Positions 16,476-26,306 of a DNA stretch of 64,000 bases are shown piece after piece. This DNA is from Candidatus Binatia bacterium (GTDB lineage: Bacteria > Desulfobacterota > Binatia > Bin18), in the NCBI GenBank assembly GCA_963666315.2, contig CAXXHG010000046.1, positions 12,131 to 76,130 on the forward strand, read 5' to 3'. Both the position numbers and the translations under genes were made by a program. The notes under the pieces were generated by a model. It had not been told where the DNA came from, did no database searches, and saw only the letters and a program-made list of their open reading frames with translations. Position 1 is the stretch's first letter. Every line of letters begins with the position of its first letter.

Positions 16476-16552
16476 GTCGGTGGGTTACGCTCTGCTAACC
16501 CACCCTCTTGTCCACACAGGATGTCGGATTACGCTCCGCTAATCCGCCCTAC
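16476..16552. repeat. Two tandem REP-like palindromic units
   Basis: TGTCGGTGGGTTACGCTCTGCTAACCCACCCT and TGTCGGATTACGCTCCGCTAATCCGCCCTAC. Each is a 6-bp stem (GGGTTA/TAACCC, GGATTA/TAATCC) around CGCTCYGC. The region is intergenic. Confidence 0.6.
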
Positions 16553-16719
16553 GGGCCTTCGCCCTACAGGGCTGAGTGAAATGTGATCCTCGTTTAGATG
16601 GGTCTCTGCATCTGCGGCAACACGGCAGGTGGTTACCGCCCAGTCCCGGCCATGAACGCCACGCCGCTTGGCGTGTTTCCACACCATTTGACAAGATCTC
16701 GGGCGCGAGACTACAACAC

Positions 16720-17538
16720 TTACTCCTTATTACCCTCAATCCGCTTTTGTAGCTTCTCTAAATAGGGTTTGACATCCGGGGCAAACGCTTCGTGCTCGGA
16801 CAGCTTCGTATAGTGGGCCAGCGCCGTGGGGAATTCGGCTTGAATCTCGTCGTGAAAAATAAGCGCCAGCCCATGCTCAGCAAGGAGCTTGCCCTGGGCC
16901 TTTTCGTTCGAAAATAGGGCGATCTCGGCTACGAAACAAATGTCGGCCAGAGTGATGTTATCGCCGACGAGGTATTCACGGTTTGGAGCGAGACCCCGGT
17001 CAATGCCGGACAAATAGATGCCGAACGCATCTTTCGCCCGGGAATGGACATCTGCCGTCATTGAGCCCCCCATCAGGGCAAGCAAATAGATTTGCGAATC
17101 GCGGGCAAACACCAGACTAGCGTCAAGAAAGCTGTCAATCCGAGTGGCGGAATACGCATCTGTTCCATAAACCGGATACTTTGCCTGCCCAAGCCGGCCT
17201 ACAGCACGCATAATGCTATTCGATTCAAAGATGCCCGTCTTGCCATCCGGGCTAAACGCGGCGGGAACCGTCCCAAACGGATGCGCATCTAGAAAGGTTT
17301 CAGTCTTATAGAGACGACCGGTGAAACCGGCCCGGCCCTGACGTTCGGTATCTTGAGGAGAGTTTTTTTCTTCGTCGGTGAGTGGGCGGGCCTCAAAATC
17401 CCATAGCCAGTTCTGCAAATCGGAGGGAGCGTTGCCGCGTACATCAATCCGGATATCACACAGCCGGGCGGCGATAGTAGCCTTCCAAATGCGCGGATTG
17501 GGCAGATACGAAAAAATACGAAGATCAAAATCAGGCAT
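16720..17538 (-). CDS. Glutathione S-transferase family protein
   Basis: The likely start is MPDFDLRIFSY (CAT at 17536-17538). GIFESNSIMRAVG is the GSH-site Ser/Asn loop, and DNITLADICFVAEI is the C-terminal domain motif. Confidence 0.8.
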   Translation of the reverse strand: MPDFDLRIFSYLPNPRIWKATIAARLCDIRIDVRGNAPSDLQNWLWDFEARPLTDEEKNSPQDTERQGRAGFTGRLYKTETFLDAHPFGTVPAAFSPDGKTGIFESNSIMRAVGRLGQAKYPVYGTDAYSATRIDSFLDASLVFARDSQIYLLALMGGSMTADVHSRAKDAFGIYLSGIDRGLAPNREYLVGDNITLADICFVAEIALFSNEKAQGKLLAEHGLALIFHDEIQAEFPTALAHYTKLSEHEAFAPDVKPYLEKLQKRIEGNKE

Positions 17539-17607
17539 GACGACTATCCTTCCAGGATAAAATACGACACTATTTATTGCACGAGAGAATAGCAGAACAG
17601 GGAAACG

Positions 17608-18033
17608 GTGGACATACCGATAGCGAGCGACGAACGGCAGCCCCAATACGGCACAGGCGATGCATCTTTCCAAGCCGCAGGTGCCGTAGCAGGGCTTCAG
17701 AAGTTAGTGAACGATTTTTACGACCTCATGGAGCAACTCCCCGAGGTCAAAGAGATACGGGACATGCATCCTGCAGATCTGAGCCAGTCACGGGACAAGC
17801 TCTCACGGTTTCTGTGCGGCTGGCTAGGCGGCCCAAAGCTGTATCGAGAGAAATATGGGTCTATCAAAATCCCTCGCGTGCACGCCCATCTCAATATCGG
17901 CAGCAGACAACGTGACGCTTGGCTTTCATGTATGCAAAAAGCGCTTGAAAAACAGCCCTATGCCAAGAGTTTCAAAAAATATCTGATTGAACAGCTGTAT
18001 GTTCCGGCAGAACGCAGCCGGACGCAAGATTAG
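17608..18033 (+). CDS. Group II truncated haemoglobin
   Basis: FYDLMEQLPEV..IRDMHP.DL...RDKLSRFLCGWLGGPKLY...IPRVHAHLNIG..QRDAWLSCM matches the trHbO pattern. Confidence 0.85.
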   Translation: MDIPIASDERQPQYGTGDASFQAAGAVAGLQKLVNDFYDLMEQLPEVKEIRDMHPADLSQSRDKLSRFLCGWLGGPKLYREKYGSIKIPRVHAHLNIGSRQRDAWLSCMQKALEKQPYAKSFKKYLIEQLYVPAERSRTQD

Positions 18034-18105
18034 GGCCGAGATGAGAGCAATATGCACTTGAGTGTGTCGGACAGTTCTGAAACGCCGTAAGGCAGAAACC
18101 GTTTC

Positions 18106-18411
18106 CTATTCCCAGGGTCGACCGAGTCGCTCGACTGCCGCGTGTGGAGAATAGGGAGACGAGTAAAATCCCACCTCGTAATTTGACCCAGCGGGTAAGT
18201 CGTCGCGCCGGATCTCTACCAGCACCATATCCGCAGCAGTAAACTCTGACGGAGGCTGTCGGTCGTCAAGCGCCGGCATGAGATCGGTATAAAACCGATG
18301 CAGCCCGATATCCAAAGACCACTGGAGCGTCTCCAACGGACGGTCGTAGGCTGGTCTTCCCCCCAAGGCCAAGAGGCGGTTCTCCTGCCGTACAAACCAC
18401 ACTTTTGCCAT
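18106..18411 (-). CDS. Hypothetical protein
   Basis: 101-aa ORF with an ATG start, 14 nt downstream of the aminopeptidase gene on the same strand. No recognisable motif. Confidence 0.4.
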   Translation of the reverse strand: MAKVWFVRQENRLLALGGRPAYDRPLETLQWSLDIGLHRFYTDLMPALDDRQPPSEFTAADMVLVEIRRDDLPAGSNYEVGFYSSPYSPHAAVERLGRPWE

Positions 18412-18425
18412 TGCTTGCTTCTCCT

Positions 18426-19598
18426 CTATTTTAGAACTGGAACCACAGCCGTTTGCACTGGATCGCCGGTCACAATAGCCTCTCGCTCCGTCACATAGAC
18501 GTCGACCTCACTCCGCACGCCGAAGTCTCCAGCCAAATAGATCCCTGGTTCGATCGAGAAACACGTATACGGTAGCACCCGGCGCGTATCCTGAGTCTCT
18601 ACACCATCCATATTCGCGCCGTTCCCGTGGACCTCTTCGCCGATCGAATGGCCGGTGCGGTGAAAAAACTGCTCCCCATAGCCGGCATCAGTAATGACTT
18701 TTCGTGACGCCGCGTCCACCTCATGTCCAAAGAACACGTGTCCACTCTCGACTCGGTCTTTTACAAATGCCACCGCCGCGTCACGGGCATCACGGACCAG
18801 ATTGAAAATCTGCTGATACTGCTCTGGGACCTCGCTGCCCATGAAGCCCGTCCAGGTGATGTCGGCATACACGCCGCCCGGCTCTTTCGCCCACAGGTCA
18901 ATGAGTACGAAATCGCCGGACTGAATCACAGCCGACTGTTCCGCCGTAGGGGTATAATGCGGGTCGGCGCTATGTCTGTTAGCCGCCACCACAGGCGGAT
19001 GATAGGTCGTCAAACCATGGCTGGCAAAGCGCTCCAGGATGAACTGCTGAACCTGGTATTCCGACACGGGAGCACGTTCGCGCAGATAGGTAAAAGCGAC
19101 ATCAACCGTCTCACGTACCACCTTGGCTGCCCGCATATGGCTTTGCCATTGGTCTGCCGTCCACACGGCTTCAAAGCGTTGGACCAAGTCTGCGGCAGAA
19201 ACCACTTCAACTCCAAGCTGGCGGATTGTTTCAATAGTGCCGGCGTCAACGCGAGAGATATACGGAATGGCATTCCCAGGCGAATACTGCATGGCAATCC
19301 GGCGCGTGCCGCGCAGCACCTCAGCCAGCCGCTGCGCGTGCTGCTGCCAGGTAAAAAACGGGAATTTGTGCCCCGGAAGCTCGTCTAAGCGATGCGGCTC
19401 AATCGTCGAGACGATACCAACCGGCTCACCGACTGCTGGGATGAAATAATACCAGCGCCGCGTGGAGAGTTCTTTCGGATCAAGTCCGAGAATACGGTAT
19501 GCTAAAGGATCGCTGCCCCGAAAATCATAAAACAGCCAGCCATCTAGCTTTTCGGCTTGCAACGCGCTTTGGATTTCGCGCAAACGCTGTTCGTCCAT
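18426..19598 (-). CDS. M24-family Xaa-Pro aminopeptidase
   Basis: Pita-bread metal ligands are present (DLWAK..GVYADITWTGF, HRTGHSIGEEVHG, FSIEPGIY, RSEVDV). The likely start is MDEQRLREIQ (CAT at 19596-19598). Confidence 0.85.
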   Translation of the reverse strand: MDEQRLREIQSALQAEKLDGWLFYDFRGSDPLAYRILGLDPKELSTRRWYYFIPAVGEPVGIVSTIEPHRLDELPGHKFPFFTWQQHAQRLAEVLRGTRRIAMQYSPGNAIPYISRVDAGTIETIRQLGVEVVSAADLVQRFEAVWTADQWQSHMRAAKVVRETVDVAFTYLRERAPVSEYQVQQFILERFASHGLTTYHPPVVAANRHSADPHYTPTAEQSAVIQSGDFVLIDLWAKEPGGVYADITWTGFMGSEVPEQYQQIFNLVRDARDAAVAFVKDRVESGHVFFGHEVDAASRKVITDAGYGEQFFHRTGHSIGEEVHGNGANMDGVETQDTRRVLPYTCFSIEPGIYLAGDFGVRSEVDVYVTEREAIVTGDPVQTAVVPVLK

Positions 19599-19676
19599 AG
19601 AGCTCTCTCTTGACCGCCCTCGCTTGAGTTGCGACCCTCGTGGTGAGATGATAATACTACCTTTTGGAGGTTGAGA

Positions 19677-19988
19677 ATGAAAGAAGGAATTCATCCGGCA
19701 CAGTACCGGCAAGTCGTTTTTAAGGACACATCGGCCGACTACGCTATTTTAACCCGTGCCTGCGTCGAAACCAAAGACTCAATTGAATGGGAAGATGGCG
19801 AGACCTATCCTTTGTATAAATTAGACATTTCGAGCGCATCGCACCCATTCTACACAGGCAAACAGCGTATTGTTGATGCGGCGGGTCGGGTCGAACGATT
19901 CCGGCGTCGATACGGACTCAAAAACCCAGAAGAGACCGAAGAGGCACAAGAAGGAAAAGAAGGACAAGAAGAAAAAAAAGAGGCATAA
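19677..19988 (+). CDS. rpmE: 50S ribosomal protein L31 (type B-like, no CxxC pair) with acidic/lysine tail
   Basis: MKEGIHPAQYRQVVFKD...SSASHPFYTGKQRIVDAAGRVERFRRRYG, with a GGAGG 8 nt upstream. The C-terminal tail is EETEEAQEGKEGQEEKKEA. Confidence 0.9.
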   Translation: MKEGIHPAQYRQVVFKDTSADYAILTRACVETKDSIEWEDGETYPLYKLDISSASHPFYTGKQRIVDAAGRVERFRRRYGLKNPEETEEAQEGKEGQEEKKEA

Positions 19989-20035
19989 TGATGCATACCC
20001 TCTGTCCCTGAGCGGAGAGACAGACAGTCCTGTGT

Positions 20036-20058
20036 AGGGGCGGTGTTACACCGCCCCT
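20036..20058 (+). terminator. GC-rich hairpin between rpmE and prfA (no U-tract)
   Basis: AGGGGCGGTG-tta-CACCGCCCCT is a perfect 10-bp stem, preceded by GT so that the unit reads GTAGGGG... like the REP-type units elsewhere. Confidence 0.35.
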
Positions 20059-20096
20059 CATTGTATCCGCCTCGTTCCATGACTTTTTCATTATTT

Positions 20097-21182
20097 ATGA
20101 GCGAAACAGCTGCACTCCTTGGAAAATTAGCCGAGGTCGAGAAGCGCTACGAGGAAGTTGAGGCCACATTAGGCAAACCAGAGGTGGCCAGTAACCCCAA
20201 AGAGTATGCCAAACTGGCCAAAGAGCACGCGTCCCTGGAAGAAGTTGTGGCCTGTTTTCGGGAATGGCGCAAAGTCGGCACTGAGATCGAGGGCAGTAAG
20301 GCCCTGCTCGACGATGCCGACCCGGAGGTGCATGAACTCGCCCAAGAAGAGATCGATGACTTGAGCGTGCGCTCGACCGAACTTGAGGCCAAACTGCATG
20401 TCTTACTGCTGCCCAAAGACCCCCTCGACGAAAAGAACGTCATCCTCGAAATTCGGGCAGGCACGGGGGGAGATGAGGCCGGTTTATTTGCCGCCGACCT
20501 GTTTCGGATGTATACCCACTACGCAGAACGTCAGAATTGGCGCATGGAAGTGCTCAGTTCGAGCCCGACCGGCGTTGGTGGGTTTAAAGAAATCATCAGC
20601 ACCGTCAGTGGCAAAAACGCCTATAGTCGCCTCAAGTTTGAAGGCGGCGTGCATCGCGTTCAGCGCGTTCCAGAGACCGAATCGTCGGGCCGTATCCACA
20701 CCTCGGCGGTGACTGTTGCCGTCCTGCCCGAAGCTGACGAGGTTGATGTCTCAATCGACGAGAAAGAGCTACGGATCGACGTCTTTCGCTCCTCTGGTCC
20801 GGGTGGACAGAGTGTTAATACTACAGACTCGGCCGTACGCATCACCCATCTCCCCACGAACTTAGTTGTCTCGTGCCAGGACGAGAAATCCCAGCACAAG
20901 AATAAAGCTAAGGCCCTGAAAATTCTGCGCGCCCGGCTCTTAGAGCGCGCGCAAGAAGAACAGCACGCGAAAATCTCAGCCTCACGCCGCAGCATGGTAG
21001 GATCGGGCGACCGCTCGGAGCGGATCCGGACGTATAATTTTCCACAATCGAGGATGACGGACCATCGTATTAATATGACCGTACACACGCTTGAGCGTAT
21101 TCTCGATGGTGAACTCGACGCAATTGTTGACGCACTCATGACCTCGCATCAAGCGGAAATGTTGAAATCCTCAGCAAGCTAA
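20097..21182 (+). CDS. prfA: Peptide chain release factor 1
   Basis: GGQ loop [23 protein letters not shown] and the RF1-type tripeptide region [16 protein letters not shown]. The likely start is [11 protein letters not shown] at 20097. Confidence 0.95.
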   Translation: MSETAALLGKLAEVEKRYEEVEATLGKPEVASNPKEYAKLAKEHASLEEVVACFREWRKVGTEIEGSKALLDDADPEVHELAQEEIDDLSVRSTELEAKLHVLLLPKDPLDEKNVILEIRAGTGGDEAGLFAADLFRMYTHYAERQNWRMEVLSSSPTGVGGFKEIISTVSGKNAYSRLKFEGGVHRVQRVPETESSGRIHTSAVTVAVLPEADEVDVSIDEKELRIDVFRSSGPGGQSVNTTDSAVRITHLPTNLVVSCQDEKSQHKNKAKALKILRARLLERAQEEQHAKISASRRSMVGSGDRSERIRTYNFPQSRMTDHRINMTVHTLERILDGELDAIVDALMTSHQAEMLKSSAS

Positions 21183-21189
21183 TGTCGCT

Positions 21190-22095
21190 ATGAAGGCGGT
21201 TTCTCATTCTTCGCCCTCTTCGCCTGAATCCGACACCATAGCCTCCCTCTTGACCGCAGCACAGGCGGATCTTGCCTCACGTCATGTCAGCACGCCTCGC
21301 TTAGACGCAGAAGTCCTCCTCAGCCATATACTGCAGACGGATCGTACGTCTTTGTACACGCGTCTCCAAAGACCTCTTTCCGCCGCTCACAAGAGACAGT
21401 TCACGGAACTCATTGCGCGGCGGAAACAGCGCGAACCGCTTGCCTATATCACCGGCAGCCGAGAATTTTGGTCCTTGGAATTCCGCGTTGATACGCACGT
21501 TTTAATTCCACGCCCGGAAACTGAAATTGTCGTACACACAGCCCTGCGCCTCCTCCACAACGCGGTAATAGCAACGCCGGCTATTCTGGACCTGGGAACA
21601 GGCAGCGGCTGTATTGGTATTGCCCTCGCCACGGAACTTCCTCAGGCAGCTCTGTGGGCGCTGGATATCGAAGATGAGGCGCTAGCGCTGGCACGCCAGA
21701 ATGCCCGCCACCATGCTGTTGACGAACGTATGACCTTCTGTCAGGGAGATCTATTCGCCCCTATCTCGCACCTGACTGAGCGCTTTCACCTCATTGTCAC
21801 CAATCCCCCCTATATTGACCGCGAGACCCTCGGCACGCTCCAGCCTGAAGTCGGCCACTGGGAGCCCCAGCGTGCTTTAGACGGCGGGCAAGACGGTCTC
21901 GATTTTTATCGGCGCCTGCTGTACGATAGTCCGAACTATCTTCGACCCGGAGGATGGCTCGTCATGGAGATCGGGCACGGCCAAAGGGGCGCCGTCCTCC
22001 ACCTAGCACAGGCCCAATGCCGCCTTTCCATCCAGAGCTGTGTTCAAGACTACGCCGGACATGATCGGGTTGTGGTATTCCAACCAGCAGCCTAA
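21190..22095 (+). CDS. prmC: Release-factor glutamine N5-methyltransferase
   Basis: LDLGTGSGCIGIALA (SAM motif I) and IVTNPPYI (NPPY), immediately downstream of prfA. Confidence 0.9.
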   Translation: MKAVSHSSPSSPESDTIASLLTAAQADLASRHVSTPRLDAEVLLSHILQTDRTSLYTRLQRPLSAAHKRQFTELIARRKQREPLAYITGSREFWSLEFRVDTHVLIPRPETEIVVHTALRLLHNAVIATPAILDLGTGSGCIGIALATELPQAALWALDIEDEALALARQNARHHAVDERMTFCQGDLFAPISHLTERFHLIVTNPPYIDRETLGTLQPEVGHWEPQRALDGGQDGLDFYRRLLYDSPNYLRPGGWLVMEIGHGQRGAVLHLAQAQCRLSIQSCVQDYAGHDRVVVFQPAA

Positions 22096-22132
22096 AAAAG
22101 ATGTACACAAAAGCGGACACGGATGCATATAA

Positions 22133-23401
22133 ATGGATAAAATTGTTCTCCAAGGCGGTATTCCCCTTCACGGCGCGGTAACCGTAAGCGGGGCAAAAAA
22201 TGCGGCCTTGCCGTTACTCTTCGCCTCTCTTTTAACACAAGACGAATGCACCCTACGGCGCATACCGCGACTCGTTGATATTCAGACGGCGCTGCGCTTG
22301 CTGAAGGAGCTCGGGGTGCAAACCGACTGGCTCGGCACCAACGAGGTCGCACTGCATGCCCGAGGGGTGCGGCAAATCGAAGCACCCTACGATTTGGTCA
22401 AAACCATGCGCGCCTCGTTCTTAGTGCTCGGGCCGCTCTTGGCCCGCTTTGGCCGCGCCCGGGTCTCAACACCCGGAGGCTGTGCCATCGGCACCCGTCC
22501 GGTCAATATTCACCTCAGCGGCCTGCAACAACTCGGCGCATCTATTCATATTCGACAAGGCTATGTCGAGGCCGAAGCCAGTCGGCTCAAGGGAGCGGAC
22601 ATCACCTTCGACTTTCCCTCTGTTGGCGCAACGGAGAATCTGATGATGGCGGCCACGTTGGCCGCCGGGACAACCGTGCTCAACAATGTGGCCCGCGAGC
22701 CGGAAATCGAAGATCTGGCAGACATGCTCGTCGCTATGGGTGCTCGCATTCACGGTGCCGGCAGTCGAACCATCGTGATTGATGGTGTGGAAGGACTGCA
22801 CGGCGTGACCCACACCGTTATCCCGGATCGCGTTGAGGCTGGCACCTTTCTGATTGCTGGAGCCATCACCTCGGGCAACGTGCTAGTCCGTGGCGCGCGC
22901 GCTGACCACCTCCAGAGCTTTTTGCAAGCACTGCAACAGGCGGGAGTACAAGTCCACGAAGAAACGGCAGGCATCCGCGTACTCGGCAATGGTCGACCAA
23001 CCGGAGTCCAGATTACGACCCAACCCTATCCCGGTTTTCCGACTGATCTCCAGGCGCAGATGATGGCGCTCTTAGCCTTGGGCCAGCAGCAAAGTGTGCT
23101 GACTGAAACGATCTTCGAGAATCGGTTTATGCACGCCCAAGAACTCGTACGTTTGGGCGCAGATATTTATGTTCAGGGGCATACGGCCAGCGTCAAGGGT
23201 GTCGCCTTTCTGAGTGGAGCGCCGGTCATGGCAACCGATCTGCGCGCCAGCGTTTCACTGATTTTGGCCGGGCTCGCTGCGCGCGGAGAAACCGAGATTG
23301 GCCGCATTTATCATCTTGATCGTGGTTACGAGCAGATAGAGGCCAAGCTTTCACAACTGGGGGCGAGAATCCAACGCCAGAAAAGTACGTCACAGCAATG
23401 A
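22133..23401 (+). CDS. murA: UDP-N-acetylglucosamine 1-carboxyvinyltransferase
   Basis: [12 protein letters not shown] and the active-site Cys loop [14 protein letters not shown]; 422 aa. Confidence 0.95.
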   Translation: MDKIVLQGGIPLHGAVTVSGAKNAALPLLFASLLTQDECTLRRIPRLVDIQTALRLLKELGVQTDWLGTNEVALHARGVRQIEAPYDLVKTMRASFLVLGPLLARFGRARVSTPGGCAIGTRPVNIHLSGLQQLGASIHIRQGYVEAEASRLKGADITFDFPSVGATENLMMAATLAAGTTVLNNVAREPEIEDLADMLVAMGARIHGAGSRTIVIDGVEGLHGVTHTVIPDRVEAGTFLIAGAITSGNVLVRGARADHLQSFLQALQQAGVQVHEETAGIRVLGNGRPTGVQITTQPYPGFPTDLQAQMMALLALGQQQSVLTETIFENRFMHAQELVRLGADIYVQGHTASVKGVAFLSGAPVMATDLRASVSLILAGLAARGETEIGRIYHLDRGYEQIEAKLSQLGARIQRQKSTSQQ

Positions 23402-24738
23402 CTACTGCGCGCAGATCAACACCCGCTCTTGTTCCTCTTCTAACCACAACGGACCCTGCCTGCCAGCGTCATCTCAAGAAGCTCCTCGCTCGCGGAGAGA
23501 GTGCGAGCGCGGAAGTCGAAGGGACAGTCCGCTCGATTCTGCATGACGTGCAGAAACGGGGCGACCACGCACTCCTTACTTTTACCAAAAAGTTTGATCG
23601 GGTAGCGCTCACCGCGTCGCAGCTGGGTGTGCCCCAAGCGGCGATGCAGGCGGCACTCAAAACCCTGCCCGTACCGATCAGAAAGGCGCTGCGGACAGCA
23701 GCCCAACGTATTCGACGTTTTCACCACAAGCAGCGCCTGTCCTCCTGGATGTATCGAGATGACCTGGGGGTCACCCTGGGCCAAAAAATCACGCCGCTCG
23801 AACGCGTCGGCGTATACGTTCCTGGAGGGACAGCGTCGTATCCATCCTCAGTTCTGATGAACGTCATTCCAGCCAAGGTCGCTGGGGTAAAAGAGATTAT
23901 TATTGTCTCTCCACCGTCACCCCAGGGAGCCAACCCCACCCTCCTAGCTGCGGCTCATATTGCCGGCGCGGATGCGTTCTTCAAGGTAGGCGGGGCACAA
24001 GCAGTGGCCGCCCTGGCGTATGGCACCAGAACCATTCCGCGCGTAGACAAAATTGTCGGTCCCGGCAATATATATGTAGCGACGGCCAAGCGACTCGTCT
24101 TCGGACAGGTGGATATCGACATGATCGCCGGGCCCAGCGAGGTCTTGGTGATTGCCGACCAGAGCGCAACGCCGACCTATGTCGCGGCCGATATGCTCTC
24201 GCAGGCCGAGCATGATCCGCTGGCCGCAGCCGTATGCCTGACGACGTCCCAGCGCGTTGGCAAAGCCGTTGTCCGGGCGCTCACTGGGCAGCTCGCCACG
24301 CTAACACGACACAACATCGCAGCGACATCCCTGCGTCGCTTCGGGGCGGTGATTGTCGCCCGGAGTCGGTCGGAGGTGGTCGATCTGGCCAACGCCATTG
24401 CTCCGGAACACCTCGAGCTGGCAGTCGAAAATCCGCGCAGCTGGCTCAAAGATATTCGGAACGCAGGCGCAATCTTTCTGGGTCATCTCTCAACTGAACC
24501 GTTTGGAGATTATATCGCCGGCCCAAACCACGTCTTACCCACAGGCGGAACGGCCCGATTTTCTTCCCCACTCGGGGTGTATGATTTTCTGAAACGGACG
24601 AGTGTGATAGAGGCCTCGTCGCGGGCGCTTGCGACCCTGGGTCCCGAAGTTATTCGGCTGGCCGAGCTTGAGGGACTTGAGGCCCACGCCCGCGCCGTAC
24701 AGTATCGTTTGAACGGAGGTAGGCATGGCCGTACGTAA
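23398..24738 (+). CDS. hisD: Histidinol dehydrogenase
   Basis: The ATGA overlap with the murA stop suggests coupling. Contains [28 protein letters not shown] and [15 protein letters not shown]. Confidence 0.95.
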   Translation: MTTARRSTPALVPLLTTTDPACQRHLKKLLARGESASAEVEGTVRSILHDVQKRGDHALLTFTKKFDRVALTASQLGVPQAAMQAALKTLPVPIRKALRTAAQRIRRFHHKQRLSSWMYRDDLGVTLGQKITPLERVGVYVPGGTASYPSSVLMNVIPAKVAGVKEIIIVSPPSPQGANPTLLAAAHIAGADAFFKVGGAQAVAALAYGTRTIPRVDKIVGPGNIYVATAKRLVFGQVDIDMIAGPSEVLVIADQSATPTYVAADMLSQAEHDPLAAAVCLTTSQRVGKAVVRALTGQLATLTRHNIAATSLRRFGAVIVARSRSEVVDLANAIAPEHLELAVENPRSWLKDIRNAGAIFLGHLSTEPFGDYIAGPNHVLPTGGTARFSSPLGVYDFLKRTSVIEASSRALATLGPEVIRLAELEGLEAHARAVQYRLNGGRHGRT

Positions 24739-25315
24739 GGCAGAGGTGCACCGCAAAACCAACGAAACAGATATCCAACTCAGCCTCCAGATCGAAGGCG
24801 AGGGTAAGTATACAGTGTCAACCGGCGTCCCCTTTCTGGACCACATGCTGGAGCTATTTACTCGACACGGATTCTTTAACCTTACGCTGCACGCAAAAGG
24901 TGACACTGCAGTTGACGACCATCATACGGTCGAAGACGTCGGCTTGGCACTCGGACTCGCCTTTCGAGAGGCGCTCGGTGACAAACATGGCATTCGGCGC
25001 TTCGGGGACGCCACGGTCCCACTGGATGAAGCGCTGGTGTCATGCGTGGTCGATCTCAGCGGGCGGCCCTTTCTGGTCTATAATCTCGACATTCGCCAAG
25101 AAAAGGTCGGCACTCTTGCGACTGAGCTCATCCACGATTTTTTTCTGGCGTTTACCAATCAGATAGGCATGAATCTGCACTTCAATATGACCCAAGGCCG
25201 AAATCCACATCACATCATTGAAGCCGGCTTCAAAGCCTTTGCCCGTGCGCTGAGCAGCGCGGTGCAGCACGATCCCCGGGTGAAAGGAGTGCTTTCTACA
25301 AAAGGAAGTTTGTAG
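24725..25315 (+). CDS. hisB: Imidazoleglycerol-phosphate dehydratase
   Basis: RKTNETDI, DHHTVEDVGLALG and HHIIEAGFKAFARAL are present. Stop is TAG. Confidence 0.95.
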   Translation: MAVRKAEVHRKTNETDIQLSLQIEGEGKYTVSTGVPFLDHMLELFTRHGFFNLTLHAKGDTAVDDHHTVEDVGLALGLAFREALGDKHGIRRFGDATVPLDEALVSCVVDLSGRPFLVYNLDIRQEKVGTLATELIHDFFLAFTNQIGMNLHFNMTQGRNPHHIIEAGFKAFARALSSAVQHDPRVKGVLSTKGSL

Positions 25316-25411
25316 ACCGTCTTTCTGCGTCGAGCACTAAACCGCCACGAATGGGGCTGGCTGAAGAGATGTGCCTCAGTCTTTCTGTATTTTTGTGCTA
25401 TCCACATTGGC

Positions 25412-25696
25412 ATGAAAAAGAAAAAAGCACCCCGGGCCTCTCCGGTAAAAAAAAGACGTAAGACCGAGCTCGCCTCTCCCGCTCGGGCCCAGCCAGCCTC
25501 TCAGACGAAGAACCATCAACTACTCAAATCTCTCATCCTGAAGTCTCTGGATGCGTTTGAAGAGTCATTCCGGCGTAAATATCCTGATGCATCTCCGGAA
25601 GAGATCCTCAACCAGATGACTCGCTCCCTCTCAGAACGCACACGTCGTGAACACCAGCAGCCAAGGAGATCGTTTCGTTTTGGCCGACATCATTGA
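25412..25696 (+). CDS. Hypothetical small basic protein
   Basis: 94 aa with a Lys/Arg-rich N-terminus (MKKKKAPRASPVKKRRK). Its end overlaps the next ORF. Confidence 0.35.
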   Translation: MKKKKAPRASPVKKRRKTELASPARAQPASQTKNHQLLKSLILKSLDAFEESFRRKYPDASPEEILNQMTRSLSERTRREHQQPRRSFRFGRHH

Positions 25697-26222
25697 TCAC
25701 ACCTTCCGGTTGCTCCAGAGGCTTTTTCGTCACATCCCCATTCCTTACGCCATCGTCGGGGGATTTGCAGGAAACGTCTGGGGCGTCGCACGCGCAACGC
25801 TCGACATTGATGTTCTCGTCGGCGGGCGTCCATCTCAATTTGACAGGCTTATCTCCTTGGCAGACCGCAACGATCTCCAGCCCCGACCAGAATTTCTCGA
25901 ATTCAATCCACTCCTGCGGGGCTTCATGGTCCGCTGCCGGATAGAGAATCTGCATGTCGATTTCCTACGCCCTCGTGATGTCCATGATCGCAATGTATTA
26001 CGACGCCGACGTCAGGCCACTTTTGCCGGACATCGACTCTGGTTTCCAACGGCCGAAGACTTGATCTTAATGAAACTGAAGGTTGGACGAGATCGAGACT
26101 TCGACGATGCGACGCGCATCGTCGAACAGCAGTCTCCCAACCTCAACCGACGCTACCTCCGCCACTGGGCCGAACGGCTCGGTATTCAAGACGAACTGCG
26201 CTACGCCCTTCACGCCCTCTGA
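25647..26222 (+). CDS. Nucleotidyltransferase-fold protein (DUF6036-like; start may be TTG 25680)
   Basis: YAIVGGFAGNVWGVARATLDIDVLV is a minimal pol-beta NTase signature (G[GS]...D.D). The C-terminal AEDLILMKLKVGRDRDFDDA is typical of this small NTase group. Confidence 0.55.
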   Translation: MNTSSQGDRFVLADIIDHTFRLLQRLFRHIPIPYAIVGGFAGNVWGVARATLDIDVLVGGRPSQFDRLISLADRNDLQPRPEFLEFNPLLRGFMVRCRIENLHVDFLRPRDVHDRNVLRRRRQATFAGHRLWFPTAEDLILMKLKVGRDRDFDDATRIVEQQSPNLNRRYLRHWAERLGIQDELRYALHAL

Positions 26223-26240
26223 CAACTTGGAGCTGTTTTC

Positions 26241-26280
26241 AACAAAAAAGAAAAGGCGCACCGTCGTGCGCCCCTTTCTG
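26241..26280 (-). terminator. Rho-independent terminator (mainly for the minus-strand LLM gene, possibly bidirectional)
   Basis: GGCGCAC-cgtc-GTGCGCC (26255-26272). On the minus strand it is followed by TTTTCTTTTTTG. Confidence 0.6.
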
Positions 26281-26306
26281 TCCTTCTCACTCGTCACAGC
26301 ATCCGC

